Positions 62,314 through 64,000 of a stretch of DNA of 64,000 nt are shown in pieces. Made by a program: the position numbers and the translations under genes. This stretch comes from an uncultured Spirochaetota bacterium (GTDB taxonomy: Bacteria > Spirochaetota > Spirochaetia > SZUA-6 > Fen-1364). The stretch lies in contig CAWAHW010000002.1 in NCBI GenBank assembly GCA_963781885.1, positions 1,280,001-1,344,000 on the forward strand. The letters run 5' to 3'. The notes under the pieces were generated by a model, which worked only from the letters and a program-made list of their open reading frames with translations, was not told where the DNA came from and ran no database searches. Numbering within the stretch: position 1 is the stretch's first letter; the number at the start of each line of letters is the position of its first letter.

Positions 62314-63810
62314 GTGATATCGTCGCGGGCTGTGCACCTTCAGATCGAAAAGCTCTGCTTCTCCTATCCTGCGCTGTCGGGAGAGCCGGGTCCGCTCGTC
62401 CTTGATGGCCTCAATTTTGGCGCGGCGCAAGGGGAGCTCGCCGTCATACTCGGTGCAGCGGACGCGGGCAAGACAACCCTTGCCCGCATCGTCGGCGGCT
62501 TCGTGCCGCGATTCAGCGGGGGAAGGCTGGCCGGATCGCTGCGCATCGCCGGAACGGAAATCCTCGGCACGCCGCCCTACGAGCTCATGGAGCGCGTCGG
62601 GGTGGTGTCACAGGACTCCGACGAGCAGCTCATCACCACGCGCTGCGACACCGAGGTGGCCTTTGCGCTAGAGTCGCTCGGCATGCCCCGGGAGCAGATG
62701 CGGGAGCGGGTGGAGTCGTCCCTTGCCCGGTTCGGCCTCACGGAGTTTCGAAGCCGTAATCCTTCGACGCTCTCCGGCGGGGAGAAGAAGCGCCTGCTCT
62801 TTGCCTGCCTGGACGCCATCGGTCCAGAGATATGGCTGCTCGACGATTCACTCGGAGAGCTGGACCAGGGATGGAAGGCACGGATACTCGCCCTTCTCGC
62901 GGAAGCGGGCAGGACCGTGATCGTATTCGATGCCCGATTGCCGGAGCATGCCGTCGGCCGCGCGCAGAGCTACGCGCTCCTGGAGGATGGCCGCATTGCC
63001 GCCCGGGCTGCACAGGTCGACGAGCCCGGCTTCCCGGAAGCCCTTGCCGCTGCGGGCATCACGCCCCGAGCATCCGCGTCCATTCAAATCCGGCCCACCC
63101 CGCATCCGGTCCTTCAGGCAGAAGGGGTCCGGTTCAGCTTTGCCGGCCCCGACGGATTTTCCCTCCAGATAGAATCTCTCTGTCTGAACGGCGGCGAGGT
63201 ATGCGCCCTTGCGGGCCGGAACGGATCGGGCAAGTCGACATTGGGCAGGATCCTGTGCGGCCTTCTGATGCCGCAGGCAGGCGCGTTCACCCTTGAGACG
63301 GGGAAGGGCAGGCGGCAGGCGGACGCGGACGATCTTTCCGCTTCCATCGGCTACCTTTTTCAGAATCCCGATCACCAGATCTACCTCCCGACCATCCGCG
63401 AAGAGCTCTCACTCGGGCTCCAGCGTCGGGGCCTGGCCCGCGGTGAGATTGAAAACCTGGTCGCCGATGCTGTCGCGCTCTTCCGCCTCCCCGATGCCGG
63501 CACGCCGCCTGCCCTGATGAGCTATGGCGCGCGCAAGAGGTTGCAGGCAGCGACCTATTACCTTCTGGACCGTGCCCTCCTCATCCTCGACGAGGTCGAC
63601 GCCGGCCTCTCCAGCAGGGAAGTGGAGGCGCTCATCGATTCACTCGGGCGACGCGGCGCCGGCATCCTCCTCATCACCCACGACCTGGCCCTGGCACGCG
63701 GCATGGCGGACAGGGTGCTGGCGATGGACCGGGGCAGGATCGTCGCGGACCTGCCGGCCGGTCAGCTTGCCCGGCTCCCGTCGCTGCTCGAAGAGGCGGT
63801 CGGCGCATGA
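62314..63810 (+). CDS. ECF transporter duplicated ATPase (two fused NBDs); start uncertain
   Basis: GAADAGKTT, EVAFALE, LSGGE; GRNGSGKST, FQNPDHQ, ILDE, ITHD. Confidence 0.88.
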   Translation: MISSRAVHLQIEKLCFSYPALSGEPGPLVLDGLNFGAAQGELAVILGAADAGKTTLARIVGGFVPRFSGGRLAGSLRIAGTEILGTPPYELMERVGVVSQDSDEQLITTRCDTEVAFALESLGMPREQMRERVESSLARFGLTEFRSRNPSTLSGGEKKRLLFACLDAIGPEIWLLDDSLGELDQGWKARILALLAEAGRTVIVFDARLPEHAVGRAQSYALLEDGRIAARAAQVDEPGFPEALAAAGITPRASASIQIRPTPHPVLQAEGVRFSFAGPDGFSLQIESLCLNGGEVCALAGRNGSGKSTLGRILCGLLMPQAGAFTLETGKGRRQADADDLSASIGYLFQNPDHQIYLPTIREELSLGLQRRGLARGEIENLVADAVALFRLPDAGTPPALMSYGARKRLQAATYYLLDRALLILDEVDAGLSSREVEALIDSLGRRGAGILLITHDLALARGMADRVLAMDRGRIVADLPAGQLARLPSLLEEAVGA

Positions 63811-64000
63811 ATCTCGAGCTGTACCGCAGCGGCACGAGCTTCCTGCATGCATTCGATGCGCGCGCAAAGATTTTCCTGCTCGTGCCGCTTGTTGTCTGCT
63901 TTTTCCTGCCGCAGCCCTGGCAGCTGTTGCTTTTCTTCACGGCGGCCATCATGGCAGTCGTCGCCGCTGCTCTCGGCCCCCGCGAGCTCCTGCCGCCATT
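63807..64000 (+). CDS. ECF transporter T component (3'-truncated by the window)
   Basis: MNLELYRSGTSFLHAFDARAKIFLL, matching the typical S.LH..D.R.K N-terminus; ATG overlaps ATPase stop. Confidence 0.8.
   Translation, partial: MNLELYRSGTSFLHAFDARAKIFLLVPLVVCFFLPQPWQLLLFFTAAIMAVVAAALGPRELLPP

Noticed and set aside
51260-64000. Genomic island integrated at tRNA-Val
   Set aside because: No integrase, no duplicated tRNA 3' end noticed and no obvious compositional shift within the window.

Overview
GC-rich bacterial chromosome segment, almost certainly from a spirochaete (flaA sheath flagellin, spiro-SPASM protein, UPF0164-type outer-membrane protein). The left part is core genome: an OmpA/FlgD-repeat protein, mltG-dnaG-rpoD, a zinc-ribbon protein, rnpB, mreBCD-mrdA-rodA, a radical SAM fusion and mazG. 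It is followed by a Rex repressor fused to a NuoE-like 2Fe-2S domain, a SpoIIE/HAMP sensor cluster, a YchF with degenerate NTPase motifs, a 25-bp palindromic tandem array, xseAB, a sugar-modification cluster, an amidase, flaA and tRNA-Val(GAC). The most notable region is 52.2-64 kb. It holds homologues of the Listeria flavin-based extracellular electron transfer (FLEET) genes (eetA, eetB, dmkA, fmnB/apbE, ndh2, dmkB, ECF transporter) but no PplA. Instead, Ndh2 carries three candidate flavinylation motifs at exact 21-aa spacing plus a triple CX4C insertion. Seven genes carry single-base frameshifts at two recurring sequence contexts, probably sequencing errors. No CRISPR array, transposase or integrase was seen. 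All assignments are by motif recognition only; no database searches were run.
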